Virus record (IMG/VR): IMGVR_UViG_3300036945_000814 | Span: 32,001-96,000 of that record | Strand: one strand, 5' to 3' | From: a virus | Length of the DNA stretch: 64,000 bases | Part shown: one piece after another, positions 27,101 to 35,213 of the stretch | How positions within the stretch are numbered: the stretch's first letter is position 1 | Layout of the letters: each line of letters begins with the position of its first letter | Program-made: the position numbers and the translations under genes | Notes under the pieces: generated by a model | Databases searched by the model: none | Seen by the model: only the letters and a program-made list of their open reading frames with translations | What the model was told of the DNA's origin: nothing

Positions 27101-27621
27101 ACGTGGTCTACAACAACCAAGAGATCGAAGACGCCATCAATCGGTTCAAGTCGCCGATCCGAGAAGCCATCGACGTGCTCAAGTCTGCGTTCGATTCCAT
27201 GAGCGCCGGTGAATCCATCGAGCAGCTTGGCCGCTCGACGTCGCGACTCGGTATGATGAGCTGGCGTGGAAACGAAGACTCACCCCGGCCCGAGCGCCCC
27301 GCGGACATCGTCGGGATCACCGACGACATGGGGCTCACCGTCAAGGGGCGGAAGAAGCGAAAGAAGAAGCACGCCGAGGACAAAGCCGACGCGCGACGCA
27401 GCCGGTTGTCGCCCGCAGACCGCTTCGCCGCCGCCAAGCGGATGCCCAAAAAGGACGCCGTGAAGCCCCTCGCCCCCGACGCGCTCAAGGAAGCCCGTGA
27501 GCAGTCGCGAGACGCCGTGGAAGCCAAGCGCGAGCGCATCCGCGACGACCTCGCTCGGCGGCAGGCGAACAAGCCCCCGATGGATCCCATCCGCATTGCG
27601 CGAGCGAAGGGAGAATCGTGA
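24163..27621 (+). CDS. MuF (phage head morphogenesis) protein fused to inorganic pyrophosphatase-like, Zn-finger, ParB-like and protein-kinase-like domains
   Basis: MuF: RIAMTESNNA...CPDC...HPWCGC. PPase: ISIENRRGS...YGYI...DGDHVDVYVG...DEDKAMLGF. CVRC/CWTC. ParB-like: LHATQ...IQDGHHR. Kinase-like: LGKGDDG..VVK...FNDEIQV...HFDTG. Confidence 0.88.
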   Translation: MALWTADQLAKVRAVIARHHAAITIAIFGHKALPDDLVKDLRASGIPVPTGPQLIDDAFTYGQLVALLRDPKLATKSPAEIAELVAARKIPLQLTPSEKAAVEVARTHAGQYVVGLGTRVAGQVMAAVTGAEANLTPERMVEIIQDKTAGNLARRETIDSLRSDLGHAMGNWTRDWQRIAMTESNNAIQEGTAATIEKEHGVDELVSKMPRPDACPDCKRLYLRGGEPIIFKLSELRANGSNVGRKKRDWKPTIEAVHPWCGCVLVRIPAGMVWEDGELVVDKAEKSQAGIEMPARPAFQYPLRKAARKLHGRLTFAGMPISIENRRGSFRHWFDPVAKEHGKTKVLFPYGYIRLTEAADGDHVDVYVGPLKTAPNVYVVHQRKKKPDGSFGGYDEDKAMLGFPSASAAKRAYLAHYSDPRFFGAMTTMTVAEFKVKLVENRGRKITKAWREPTALVIDMLAKSYAPCVRCGEMSKESSSDGAEPCWTCRKALEAAGTPYVRAGWKDGVELAKAGGPYIGPKGGKWADPEHTVAWQEPGGVESLPHLEDEKWDDGTVVRWRQSPFVHAPPRSKPQLPSSTPTSIEHVPLDKLHATQKRVTEGGVQKYLDKPLNAAADDKLDLPLVTVDKDGKHFIQDGHHRLTAAKLRGEASVPVRVQREKAEEKKTHEPLAPDYEPKVGDEHAIPGPHGMAAFTARIEHVGDDHVRISQNHGDERRGTGAHGTRVPKAAVSHFVNDLRGVVHGPPSSDPRVQAVLDGKAEHLGKGDDGIAFRVGDTVVKASTTVPYQPFNENYLTPATAAERMVEQVNTSNAMHADGVPGIMRSELVHNGDKAFQIKPYVEIPDKLTREQLDSVADSVLKAHAAGYTFNDEIQVGVHEGKLVHFDTGKAAKAPDEKRLKERAEDDEERLKDLFAKHGEKFQTTKEKHNPLIEWEEMASRDPKKMTDAERSKHASLLWMHSLKVKSFRDRADPVDKDFYDVVYNNQEIEDAINRFKSPIREAIDVLKSAFDSMSAGESIEQLGRSTSRLGMMSWRGNEDSPRPERPADIVGITDDMGLTVKGRKKRKKKHAEDKADARRSRLSPADRFAAAKRMPKKDAVKPLAPDALKEAREQSRDAVEAKRERIRDDLARRQANKPPMDPIRIARAKGES
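25026..25070. repeat. Perfect 17-bp inverted repeat with 11-nt loop inside the MuF fusion CDS
   Basis: agcgggtattgaaatgc (25026-25042) is the exact reverse complement of gcatttcaatacccgct (25054-25070). Confidence 0.95.
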
Positions 27622-27839
27622 GGTGCCCCGAGTGCAACGCGCAGCTCATGCAAAAGAGCGAGGGCAAGCTCAAGCTGCGCGTGCCGATCCTCGTCTTTTC
27701 CGCCGACGGCGAGTCGTGCGTCACCAACTGCCAGCGATGCAAGGCAGAGATCCCCCTGCCCCTCACGCTCGCAAAAAGCGCGGTGCCCGCGGATGAACCG
27801 CCACCGCGGCTCGTCACCACGCGCTTGACGCGGTCGTGA
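27618..27839 (+). CDS. Small zinc-ribbon protein, Mu Com-like
   Basis: RCPECNAQL...CQRCK, similar in layout to Com-family CxxC...CxxC ribbons; GGGAG RBS and GTGA coupling. Confidence 0.7.
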   Translation: MRCPECNAQLMQKSEGKLKLRVPILVFSADGESCVTNCQRCKAEIPLPLTLAKSAVPADEPPPRLVTTRLTRS

Positions 27840-27854
27840 TCCAGACCCTAGCCT
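27825..27854 (+). promoter_or_regulatory. Possible sigma70-type promoter upstream of the prohead protease
   Basis: TTGACG-N18-TAGCCT. Confidence 0.4.
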
Positions 27855-27899
27855 GACCATCGACACCCAATGGCCTTGACCACGAACGGTCAAAAGAGG

Positions 27900-27939
27900 C
27901 GGGCGGTACAGCGAAAGCTGCGCCGCCCGTTTTCGTTTC
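27900..27939 (+). terminator. Terminator/attenuator-like hairpin with GAAA tetraloop and U-rich tail
   Basis: cgggcggtacagc-GAAA-gctgcgccgcccg followed by TTTTCGTTTC, immediately before AGGAG RBS; a second hairpin ttgacc/ggtcaa lies at 27876-27893. Confidence 0.65.
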
Positions 27940-27951
27940 AGGAGATCCATT

Positions 27952-28794
27952 TTGCAGGAATCAGACGCTCCGGCATTCAACTTCGACTTCGACATCGAAG
28001 TGTTCGAGAAGGCCGGCGTCGCTCCTGAGAAGGCGCGCCGCATCGGCGGCTTCGTGTCCACGAGCGCCCTCGACAAGCAGGGCGAGCGCGTCTTGCAGGA
28101 AGGGCTCGACTTTTCCCCGTTCCTGCAAGACGGGTGGTTCAACGACAACCACAGCAAGGCCACCGCCGACATCGTCGGCTTCCCCGAGACGGCCAAGCTC
28201 ATCCGCAAGGGCGAGCGCCTGCCGAGCGGCACGTCGGCCGACAAGACCGGATGGTTCGTCGAGGGCTACCTCCTGCAAGGGCACCCGCCGAGCGACCGTA
28301 TCTGGGAGCTGGCGAAGGCGTTGCAGAAGACGCCGCGGCGTCTCGGGTTCTCCGTCGAGGGCCGCGTCACGCAGCGGATGAACAAGGCCGGCGAGCCCAT
28401 CGTCGCCCGCGCCGTCGTCAAAAACGTCGCGGTCACCAACTGCCCCGTCAACAATCAGACGTCGCTCGAAGTGCTCGCCAAGAGCCTGAGCGCCATCGAA
28501 ATGAGCAAGGCGCTTGAGGTCGGGCCGCCGCCCGGTCCCGCGAGCGACCCCGGCTCCATCCCCGCCGGCGTGCCCCTGTCGGGCATGGGCGCGGGCCGCG
28601 TGCTCATGCCTGAGTCGATCGGCGGCTACGCCGGCGCCTTCGGCAACCCCAACGGTGCGCAGCCCCGGAAGAAGAAGAAGAAGAAGCTCACCAAGAGCGC
28701 CGCGTTGGATCTCATTCACAGCCGCTATCCGGGCATCACCAACCACACGGCGGCGCGGATCTTCCGCTTCGCTGTCGCACACGCCTCTCACTGA
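27952..28794 (+). CDS. Prohead maturation protease (HK97/herpes-fold serine protease)
   Basis: AGGAG RBS plus TTG start; GFVST..LDKQGE, FNDNH (His), LGFSVEG (Ser), VAVTNCPVN; lies upstream of scaffold and MCP. Confidence 0.9.
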   Translation: MQESDAPAFNFDFDIEVFEKAGVAPEKARRIGGFVSTSALDKQGERVLQEGLDFSPFLQDGWFNDNHSKATADIVGFPETAKLIRKGERLPSGTSADKTGWFVEGYLLQGHPPSDRIWELAKALQKTPRRLGFSVEGRVTQRMNKAGEPIVARAVVKNVAVTNCPVNNQTSLEVLAKSLSAIEMSKALEVGPPPGPASDPGSIPAGVPLSGMGAGRVLMPESIGGYAGAFGNPNGAQPRKKKKKKLTKSAALDLIHSRYPGITNHTAARIFRFAVAHASH

Positions 28795-28814
28795 GAGAGC
28801 AGGAGAAGAACCAC

Positions 28815-29723
28815 ATGGCGAAGAAGCACCCCACCCTCGACACCGAGCCCCTTTTCAAGAGCGACGACGGCGACCTCGACGACGAGCCCGGTATGCCCGA
28901 AGCCGAGGACGCCGACGAGGACGACGAGGACGAGGACGGCGACGGCGTCGACGACGAGGAAGAGGAGCAGATGAAGTCGGATCTCACCGAGGACACGCTC
29001 ATCAAGGCGCTCGACGAGATGGACAGCATCGCCGTCGCCGCGTCCAACGGAATCTCGCCGCGGGAGCAGGCCCTCGCCTCCAAGCTCGCGTCTGGCACCC
29101 CCCTCACCAAGTCGGAGCGTGCCGAGCTGGCCGCGGCCGGCGAACCGATGGCCAAAAGCCACAAGGAGTCTTTCGTGGAGAATCCGCAGATCGCGCAGGG
29201 TTTCGAGGTTTCCGAGTTCCTCGACGCCGCGCTCACCAAGGTCGCCGAAGCCCTCGACACCAACCGCGAGGAAATGACCAAGTCCTTCGGCGAGGTCGGC
29301 GAGTTCAACCGCGCCCTCGCCAAGTCGCTCAACGCCCTCGGCGCCGTCGTCATCGCGCAGGACAAGAAGATCCGGCAGCTCGAAAAGAGCCTCGCCGGTG
29401 AAGCTCCCCGGCGCGTGGTCGAAGCGGCCCCCGCCAAGGGCGTCACCTCCTCGCGCAGCTCCGTCGGCCAGCGGGTCAACGACAGCGGCGGGATGCGCAA
29501 GTCGCAGGCCGCCGGCGGCGCCACGCTCACCAAGGGCATGATCCTCGACACCCTCGACGATCAGATCGCCAAGAGCGACGGCCAGCGCGGCGTGGTCGAC
29601 GGCGTCGACCTCGTGCTCGAAAGCTCGCGCTACGAGACGACGCAGCTCCTCTCCCCCGACGCCATGCGCCTCGTCTGCAAGGCGCGCGGGATCGACCCCT
29701 CCACCCTCGGGCTGAACGGCTGA
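28815..29723 (+). CDS. Capsid scaffold protein
   Basis: Acidic N-terminus, coiled-coil, between protease and MCP; about 10 hydrophobic-x-K-[SAG] motifs. Confidence 0.8.
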   Translation: MAKKHPTLDTEPLFKSDDGDLDDEPGMPEAEDADEDDEDEDGDGVDDEEEEQMKSDLTEDTLIKALDEMDSIAVAASNGISPREQALASKLASGTPLTKSERAELAAAGEPMAKSHKESFVENPQIAQGFEVSEFLDAALTKVAEALDTNREEMTKSFGEVGEFNRALAKSLNALGAVVIAQDKKIRQLEKSLAGEAPRRVVEAAPAKGVTSSRSSVGQRVNDSGGMRKSQAAGGATLTKGMILDTLDDQIAKSDGQRGVVDGVDLVLESSRYETTQLLSPDAMRLVCKARGIDPSTLGLNG

Positions 29724-29785
29724 TCGCCGGCTGAATCCCGTTCACGACCACCGTTCACTTCACAGAAGATCCAAGGAGAATCACC

Positions 29786-31225
29786 ATGAGCTACGGTACT
29801 TTTGTCGGCGCTTCCGACTACGACGGCATCGAAGGCTTCGGCTCGGCGAGCGCCGAGGAAATGCAGAACCTCAACAAAGCCTTGCGCTCCGGTCAGGACC
29901 GCAACGCCCCCGGCACCGTCGTCGCTGGCGACGGCTTCACCCTCAAGCCTGAGAGCTTGGATCGCACGTTGAAGAACGTGACGTACCGGATGGAGCACAT
30001 CCAGTTCTGGAAGTTCCTCGACAAGACCCCGGCCTACAACACGGTCGAGGAGTACAGCCGGCTCCGTGAGTACGGCAACGGCGTCGCGGCCTTCATCGAG
30101 GAAGGCGAGCTGCCCGCCGAGGACGACGCGACCTACTCGCGTGAGTTCAACATCGTGAAGTACATGGGCACGACCCGGCGCATCACGCATGTGATGCAGA
30201 CCGTGCGCACCCACATCGGCTCCGCGGTCGCGCAGGAGACGGTCAACGGCACCATGTGGCTGCTCCGGCAGGTCGAGAAGGCGCTGTTCTACGCCGACTC
30301 GTCGATGGTCCCGGCCGAGTTCGACGGCCTCTTCACGCAGCTCGAAGCGCAGTCGCCGAACATCGTCGACATGCGCGGCAAGCCGCTCAACCAAGACGTG
30401 ATCGAGGAAGCCGCGCACGTCATCCGGGCTTCGCCCAACTACGGCATCCCGACGGATCTGTGGATGGCCGACGGCGTCTACAGCGACCTCGCGCGCCTGT
30501 TCTACCCCACGCAGCGCAGCGAGATCCCGACCCCGGCCAGCGCCGGTGACGGGTACGTCGGCTTCGCGGTGAAGGGGATGCGCACGCAGGCCGGCCCGAT
30601 CCGGTTCCAGCCCGACGTGTTCATCGAGCCCGGTCGCGCCCCCGCGGCCGCTGGCATCGGCGACATCGCCAAGCGCCCCGGCCTCCCCACCATCGGCGTC
30701 GCCGCCGCTGGCGCCCCCGGTGGCGGTGAGGTGTCCCTGTTCGTCGGCGCCAGCGAGGACTTCCGCTACCGCGTGGTCGCGAAGAACCGCTACGGCCTGA
30801 GCGTCCCCGTGGACGTGAACGGCGGCGCCGCGATCACCGTGGCCGCCGGCCAGAAGGTGTCGTTCACGATCACCGACGGTTCGCCGTTGGCCTCGTGCTA
30901 CGTCATCTACCGCACCAAGGCGAACGGCCTGCTCGTCGACGCCGTCGAAATGATCACCGTGCGTCGCACCGGCGCCGTCACGGCTTTCGGCGATCTCAAC
31001 AAGGATCTGCCCGGCACCACGAAGGCCGCGCTGTTGCAGGGCAACCGCGAGAACATCATGGTCAAGCAGCTCGCGCCGTTCACGCGCATCCCGCTCGCCA
31101 CCGTCGACACGTCGATGCGTTGGTCGCAGGTGCTCTACCTGACGCTCACCCTGCACAGCCCGAACAAGAACGTGCTGTTCAAGAACGTCGGCCGCATCGA
31201 GGGCACCAAGAACCTCGCCGTCTGA
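29786..31225 (+). CDS. Major capsid protein (Twort/A511-like)
   Basis: AAGGAG RBS; LKPESLDRTLK, TVEEY, FIEEG, AEFDGL, NIVDMRGKPL, YGIPTDLWM, YRVVAKNRYGLS patterns; N-terminal propeptide ending LNK|A (K31). Confidence 0.92.
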   Translation: MSYGTFVGASDYDGIEGFGSASAEEMQNLNKALRSGQDRNAPGTVVAGDGFTLKPESLDRTLKNVTYRMEHIQFWKFLDKTPAYNTVEEYSRLREYGNGVAAFIEEGELPAEDDATYSREFNIVKYMGTTRRITHVMQTVRTHIGSAVAQETVNGTMWLLRQVEKALFYADSSMVPAEFDGLFTQLEAQSPNIVDMRGKPLNQDVIEEAAHVIRASPNYGIPTDLWMADGVYSDLARLFYPTQRSEIPTPASAGDGYVGFAVKGMRTQAGPIRFQPDVFIEPGRAPAAAGIGDIAKRPGLPTIGVAAAGAPGGGEVSLFVGASEDFRYRVVAKNRYGLSVPVDVNGGAAITVAAGQKVSFTITDGSPLASCYVIYRTKANGLLVDAVEMITVRRTGAVTAFGDLNKDLPGTTKAALLQGNRENIMVKQLAPFTRIPLATVDTSMRWSQVLYLTLTLHSPNKNVLFKNVGRIEGTKNLAV

Positions 31226-31257
31226 TGGTGACGCCGGGGTGAACCCCGGCTAGGATG

Positions 31258-31297
31258 AGGGCCGTTGCGCGATCCGTGCAACGGCCCTTTCCCTTTT
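31258..31297 (+). terminator. Rho-independent terminator after MCP
   Basis: 13-bp stem agggccgttgcgc / gtgcaacggccct followed by TTCCCTTTT; preceded by hairpin gccgggg-tgaa-ccccggc (31233-31250). Confidence 0.8.
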
Positions 31298-31309
31298 CGC
31301 GGAGACAAC

Positions 31310-31837
31310 GTGGCGAAGAAACTGTTTTGCAAGTTCACCCACGAGCGCGGCGAAAAAGTGTTCGTCGGCGGCAAGCTCTACGTCATCGGCGCTGACGGGT
31401 TCCTTGAGGTGGACGACGCGCACGCGCCGCTGCTCCTGCTCAACGACGCGAAGTGGGCCGACCCCGCGGTGACGTCCCCCTACAAGCGCCCCACCGGGCC
31501 GCCGGCGCTCATCCTCGCCGACGCCCAAGGCCGCGAGCTTCCCCCGGCCGAGGCGGCCAAGATTCAGCAGGCAGCCGCCCTCAAGGCCGTGGAGCTTGCC
31601 ACCAAGGCGCCCGAGCCCGAGCCCGCCCCGGTCCCGCCCGAGCCCGAGGTCGTCGAGCCTGAGCCCGCCCCGGCGGAATGGCCGACCATGAGCACCGACA
31701 GCTCGAAGCGCGACATGCTGGCGAACCTCGAAAAGCTCAAGGCCGCGGGTCATGTGGCCGCCGCCGACTTCCACGACAAGATGAGCAAGATGGATCTGCT
31801 TGAGGTCATCGAGCGCGCCTACGACTCGATGGCCTGA
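31310..31837 (+). CDS. Hypothetical head-region protein with C-terminal helix-extension-helix (Rho-N-like) motif
   Basis: GGAG RBS plus GTG at 31310; Pro/Glu linker; SSKRDML...MSKMDLLEVI. Confidence 0.7.
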   Translation: MAKKLFCKFTHERGEKVFVGGKLYVIGADGFLEVDDAHAPLLLLNDAKWADPAVTSPYKRPTGPPALILADAQGRELPPAEAAKIQQAAALKAVELATKAPEPEPAPVPPEPEVVEPEPAPAEWPTMSTDSSKRDMLANLEKLKAAGHVAAADFHDKMSKMDLLEVIERAYDSMA

Positions 31838-31842
31838 TCGCG

Positions 31843-31871
31843 TTGCGCTCACGCGCACGCACCGTGATACT
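31843..31871 (+). promoter_or_regulatory. Possible sigma70-type promoter
   Basis: TTGCGC-N17-GATACT in the intergenic gap. Confidence 0.4.
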
Positions 31872-31898
31872 TGAACCACCACCCCACCGGAGGCACCC

Positions 31899-32135
31899 AT
31901 GTCCAACCTTTCCGCCGAGCAGAAGGCCGCGCTCAACAAGCTCGGTGATCACTTCCCCGGCCTCGGTCGCACCGACGGCATCGTCCCCGCGCAGCTCGGC
32001 AGCTTCCTCGGTGCCCTCGGCCCGGTGACGAGCCCCGATGCGGTCGACCTCCCCACGGCGCTCGTCCTGCTCAACGAGATCAAGACGAAGATCAACGCCG
32101 CTTGCGCCGCCTCTGCCGTCATCGCGGCGAGCTGA
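31899..32135 (+). CDS. Small virion (head fibre/decoration-like) protein
   Basis: GGAGG RBS; LLNEIKTKINA helical C-terminus. Confidence 0.7.
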   Translation: MSNLSAEQKAALNKLGDHFPGLGRTDGIVPAQLGSFLGALGPVTSPDAVDLPTALVLLNEIKTKINAACAASAVIAAS

Positions 32136-32138
32136 TCC

Positions 32139-32468
32139 ATGATCATCCGAAGCGGGATTCCCAAGCCGCTCCGCGGCACGGCTCCGGCCGTGCCCGGAGC
32201 GCCCCTCGCCGACGTGAACGCGCTGGCGCCGTTTCAGTTTCTGTCGGAGTGCAAGACGTTCTCGGTCTTGCTCGTGAACACCGGGGCCGTCCCGCTGCGC
32301 GTGTTCCCGCAGAACCCCGGCCTCGATCCGGCACGTTGGATCGAATACTACGAGCTGGCGGTTGGCGAGCGGTTCGATGGGCTGCTTTTCGAGTTCACCG
32401 ACATGTGGCTCGCCGGCGTCGGTGGTCCCTGCACGTTCAAGGCCCTGCTTGGCTTGCGCGTGCTGTAG
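32139..32468 (+). CDS. Hypothetical virion protein
   Basis: Contiguous ORF in the structural operon. Confidence 0.7.
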   Translation: MIIRSGIPKPLRGTAPAVPGAPLADVNALAPFQFLSECKTFSVLLVNTGAVPLRVFPQNPGLDPARWIEYYELAVGERFDGLLFEFTDMWLAGVGGPCTFKALLGLRVL

Positions 32469-32486
32469 CGCGCCGAGAGGTGCGCT

Positions 32487-32774
32487 GTGCCGCTTGTTCG
32501 ACGTAGAGCCATCCCCGCAGCCGACGCCCGAGAGGGCGTCGTGCTTTCGGGCGTCGTGAACGGCGTCAACGTCACCTTCACGACGCCCGAGAAGTTTCTG
32601 CACGCGGTGCCCGGACTGTCAGTGCGCGTCCACCTCAACGGCCAGCGGTTGCTTCGCGTCGACGACTACACGATCGCTGAATCAGGCGGACCCGGCACCG
32701 GCTTTGATACCGTGGTGCTGCTTCACGCGCCGGTGAGCGGCGACAAGGTTTTCGCGGACTACTATTCCGCTTAG
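32487..32774 (+). CDS. Small beta-sandwich virion protein
   Basis: GAGGTG RBS plus GTG; GVVNGVNVTFT...VHLNG...DDYT...GDKVFADY module. Confidence 0.7.
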   Translation: MPLVRRRAIPAADAREGVVLSGVVNGVNVTFTTPEKFLHAVPGLSVRVHLNGQRLLRVDDYTIAESGGPGTGFDTVVLLHAPVSGDKVFADYYSA

Positions 32775-32785
32775 GAGGTTGGATC

Positions 32786-34696
32786 ATGGCTCGCACGTTC
32801 ATCCGGCAGGAATCGCAGATTCGCCCGTCGTTCACCTACGTCGACAACGTCGCCCCCTCCGCGACGATGGAGTCGGGCGCCGCCTCGATCGAGGACGACC
32901 TCAACAACCTGCGGTCCATCGCGTCGCTGCTTCGCGACGTGCAGACGGGCAACTGGTACGACGACCTCGCCGCCCCGGTGACGTTCGAGGGCGGCATCAA
33001 GCGCGGCGTGCAGAACCTCAACCAAGAGCTGCACGACCTTGAGCGCAAGCGCGTGCTCGTCGAAGTGTTCGACCTCGCCGACATCCGCGTCGGCGTCAGC
33101 GCGATCGGCACGCTCACGGCCACAGCCGACTTCGCCAACGGCGAGACGGTGACGATCGGGACCAAGACCTACACGTTCCAGACGGTTCTGACCAACGTCG
33201 ACGGCAACGTGCTCATCGGCGGAAGCGCCAGCGCCAGCCTCGACAACCTGATCGCCGCCATCGTTCTCGGAGCTGGCAGCGGCACGCTGTACGCCGCCGC
33301 CACCACCTTGCACCCGACGGTGCGTGCGGAAGCCGGCGCTGGCGACACGATGCTTGCCATCGCCAAGGCGGGCGGCACGGGCGGCAACGCCATCGCCACG
33401 ACCGACGTCGCGACGAATGCGTCGTGGGGCGGCGCCACGCTGGCGGGCGGCCTCGACAACACGGTGCTCATCCTCGACACCGCGGCCAAGCTCCCCGCCA
33501 ACACGACCGCGGCCATCGGCTCGGTCACGACCCGCGGCACGGTCGCCGCGGCTCATGGTGGCGTCTTCGGTGCGCACAGCCTGTCGCTCGTGAGCGGCAG
33601 CAACCCGCTGAATCCGAAGAACCTCGTGCCCCTCGTGGACAGCGTCACGCACGATCCCGTCCTGAGCGGTCAGCGGCGCGTGTGGGGCTTGTTCCAGACG
33701 GAATCGAGCACCGACGGCAGCACGATCACGACGGCGACCCCCAACCGGGCGCAGGTGAGCCTCGTGCGCCAGAACGGCGCGGGCACGGCGTTGGAAGCCG
33801 TGCCGTTCGCCGATGTCTCGTCGATGACGCTGCACTACAGCGCCATCGAGCGGAAGGCGCTCGAAGACCTCAACGAGCAGGACTTTCTCAAGGGCAGCAC
33901 GGTCGACGTCGCCGCCGGCAGCACGGTCACGCGCCAGATCGGCTACGACAACCAAGGCACCGTTCCCGTCGAGCAGACGACGGACGCTTTCTTGGATCTG
34001 GCCGCCGGATTCAAGTGGTCGCTGCGCGACCTCTTGAACGCCGAGCTTTTCACCGTCCGCGAAGGCAGCGGCGGCGCCACAAGCGAAGTGCAGATCCGAG
34101 GTGACGTCGACGTGTTCCGCGCCGAAGCCCTCGTAAACGACTTCAACGCCGGCATCAACGTCCGCACAGGGGGCACTCGGCCTATCAGGGTCGGCGTCAA
34201 CGACGGCCTCATCGAGACGACGGCCGGCGATCTCGGCGTCTCGGCGTTCGCCGAGCTGCTTCTCGACGACGGCAATCAGGCCGGCTCGTCGTGGGCGCAG
34301 ACCACGGGCGTCAAGCTGTCGGACACCTCGGCGGAGTGGAGCGACGTCGAAACCGCCTTCGGCGGCGAGTTCTCGATCCTGCGGATGCTGTATCTCGCGA
34401 AGACGACGGGCACCGAGACGAAGACGTACCACAACGTCACCGCCAACGTGAACGAAGACCTCGACATCAGCCTCGCCGCCGGCAACATCGACGTCGCGTT
34501 CCCCGACATGAGCGCGGGCTCGTTCCTGAACGACTACGACGTGTTCCTGAACGGCGAGCTGCTTCGCCCCGGCGCCAACAGCGGCGCGAACAACGACTAC
34601 TACCCCGGCTCGACTCTCACGCCCGCGGCGGCGTTGCGCTTCGAGTTCAAGCTCAAGAGCGGCGACGTGATCTGCGTCGTCAAGAAGACCGCGTAG
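32786..34696 (+). CDS. Large virion structural protein (decoration/fibre-like, 636 aa)
   Basis: AGGAGG RBS; T/A/G-rich beta domains; internal NGETVTIG...LAGG module; C-terminal VFLNG...NDYY module. Confidence 0.8.
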   Translation: MARTFIRQESQIRPSFTYVDNVAPSATMESGAASIEDDLNNLRSIASLLRDVQTGNWYDDLAAPVTFEGGIKRGVQNLNQELHDLERKRVLVEVFDLADIRVGVSAIGTLTATADFANGETVTIGTKTYTFQTVLTNVDGNVLIGGSASASLDNLIAAIVLGAGSGTLYAAATTLHPTVRAEAGAGDTMLAIAKAGGTGGNAIATTDVATNASWGGATLAGGLDNTVLILDTAAKLPANTTAAIGSVTTRGTVAAAHGGVFGAHSLSLVSGSNPLNPKNLVPLVDSVTHDPVLSGQRRVWGLFQTESSTDGSTITTATPNRAQVSLVRQNGAGTALEAVPFADVSSMTLHYSAIERKALEDLNEQDFLKGSTVDVAAGSTVTRQIGYDNQGTVPVEQTTDAFLDLAAGFKWSLRDLLNAELFTVREGSGGATSEVQIRGDVDVFRAEALVNDFNAGINVRTGGTRPIRVGVNDGLIETTAGDLGVSAFAELLLDDGNQAGSSWAQTTGVKLSDTSAEWSDVETAFGGEFSILRMLYLAKTTGTETKTYHNVTANVNEDLDISLAAGNIDVAFPDMSAGSFLNDYDVFLNGELLRPGANSGANNDYYPGSTLTPAAALRFEFKLKSGDVICVVKKTA

Positions 34697-34712
34697 TCGG
34701 TGAGGTGATCCC

Positions 34713-35213
34713 GTGAGCGTCGACAAGACAAGAGCGAGAATGGAAATGGCGCACGCCGTGGGCGCGCGCATTGACGACGCTGTCGAAGCGACTGAACGGG
34801 AAGCCCTGCGGGCAGAGGGGGGCATGGAGTGGCTTTTGCGCGCCATGCCCCTCATCGTCGCTGCGCAGAAGCGCGTCGAAGACGACGTCGAGGCGGGCAA
34901 GATCGACCTCGACACATCCAAGCTCATGAAGGACGCGCTTGGGCGCGTGTCCGCCGATCTGGCGAAGGTCGTGACCGCCGCGCAAGGCGACATGCAAGTC
35001 GCGCGCGGCAAGACCGTCGGCCTTCGCGTCGCCGTCGCCATCGCCAAGCAGGCGTTCGACGTCGAGGCCGCCAAAGCCGCTGCCGTCGCGCAAGCCGAGG
35101 CGGAGGCCGCGGCCGTCCCCACCTCCGTCCCCGAAGCCACACCACCTCGCAAGGCCGGCCAGCGCCCGGACGCCACCGCCAAGTCGAAGCGAGCTGCGCG
35201 CGGAGGCAAGTAG
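34713..35213 (+). CDS. Hypothetical helical protein
   Basis: GAGGTG RBS plus GTG. Confidence 0.7.
   Translation: MSVDKTRARMEMAHAVGARIDDAVEATEREALRAEGGMEWLLRAMPLIVAAQKRVEDDVEAGKIDLDTSKLMKDALGRVSADLAKVVTAAQGDMQVARGKTVGLRVAVAIAKQAFDVEAAKAAAVAQAEAEAAAVPTSVPEATPPRKAGQRPDATAKSKRAARGGK

Noticed and set aside
29713-29758. CCGTTCAC repeated before MCP (29738, 29751) and before the 752-aa gene (18995)
   Set aside because: The same 8-mer occurs within coding sequence (e.g. near 677, 21531 and 31076), so it cannot be separated from chance without statistics.
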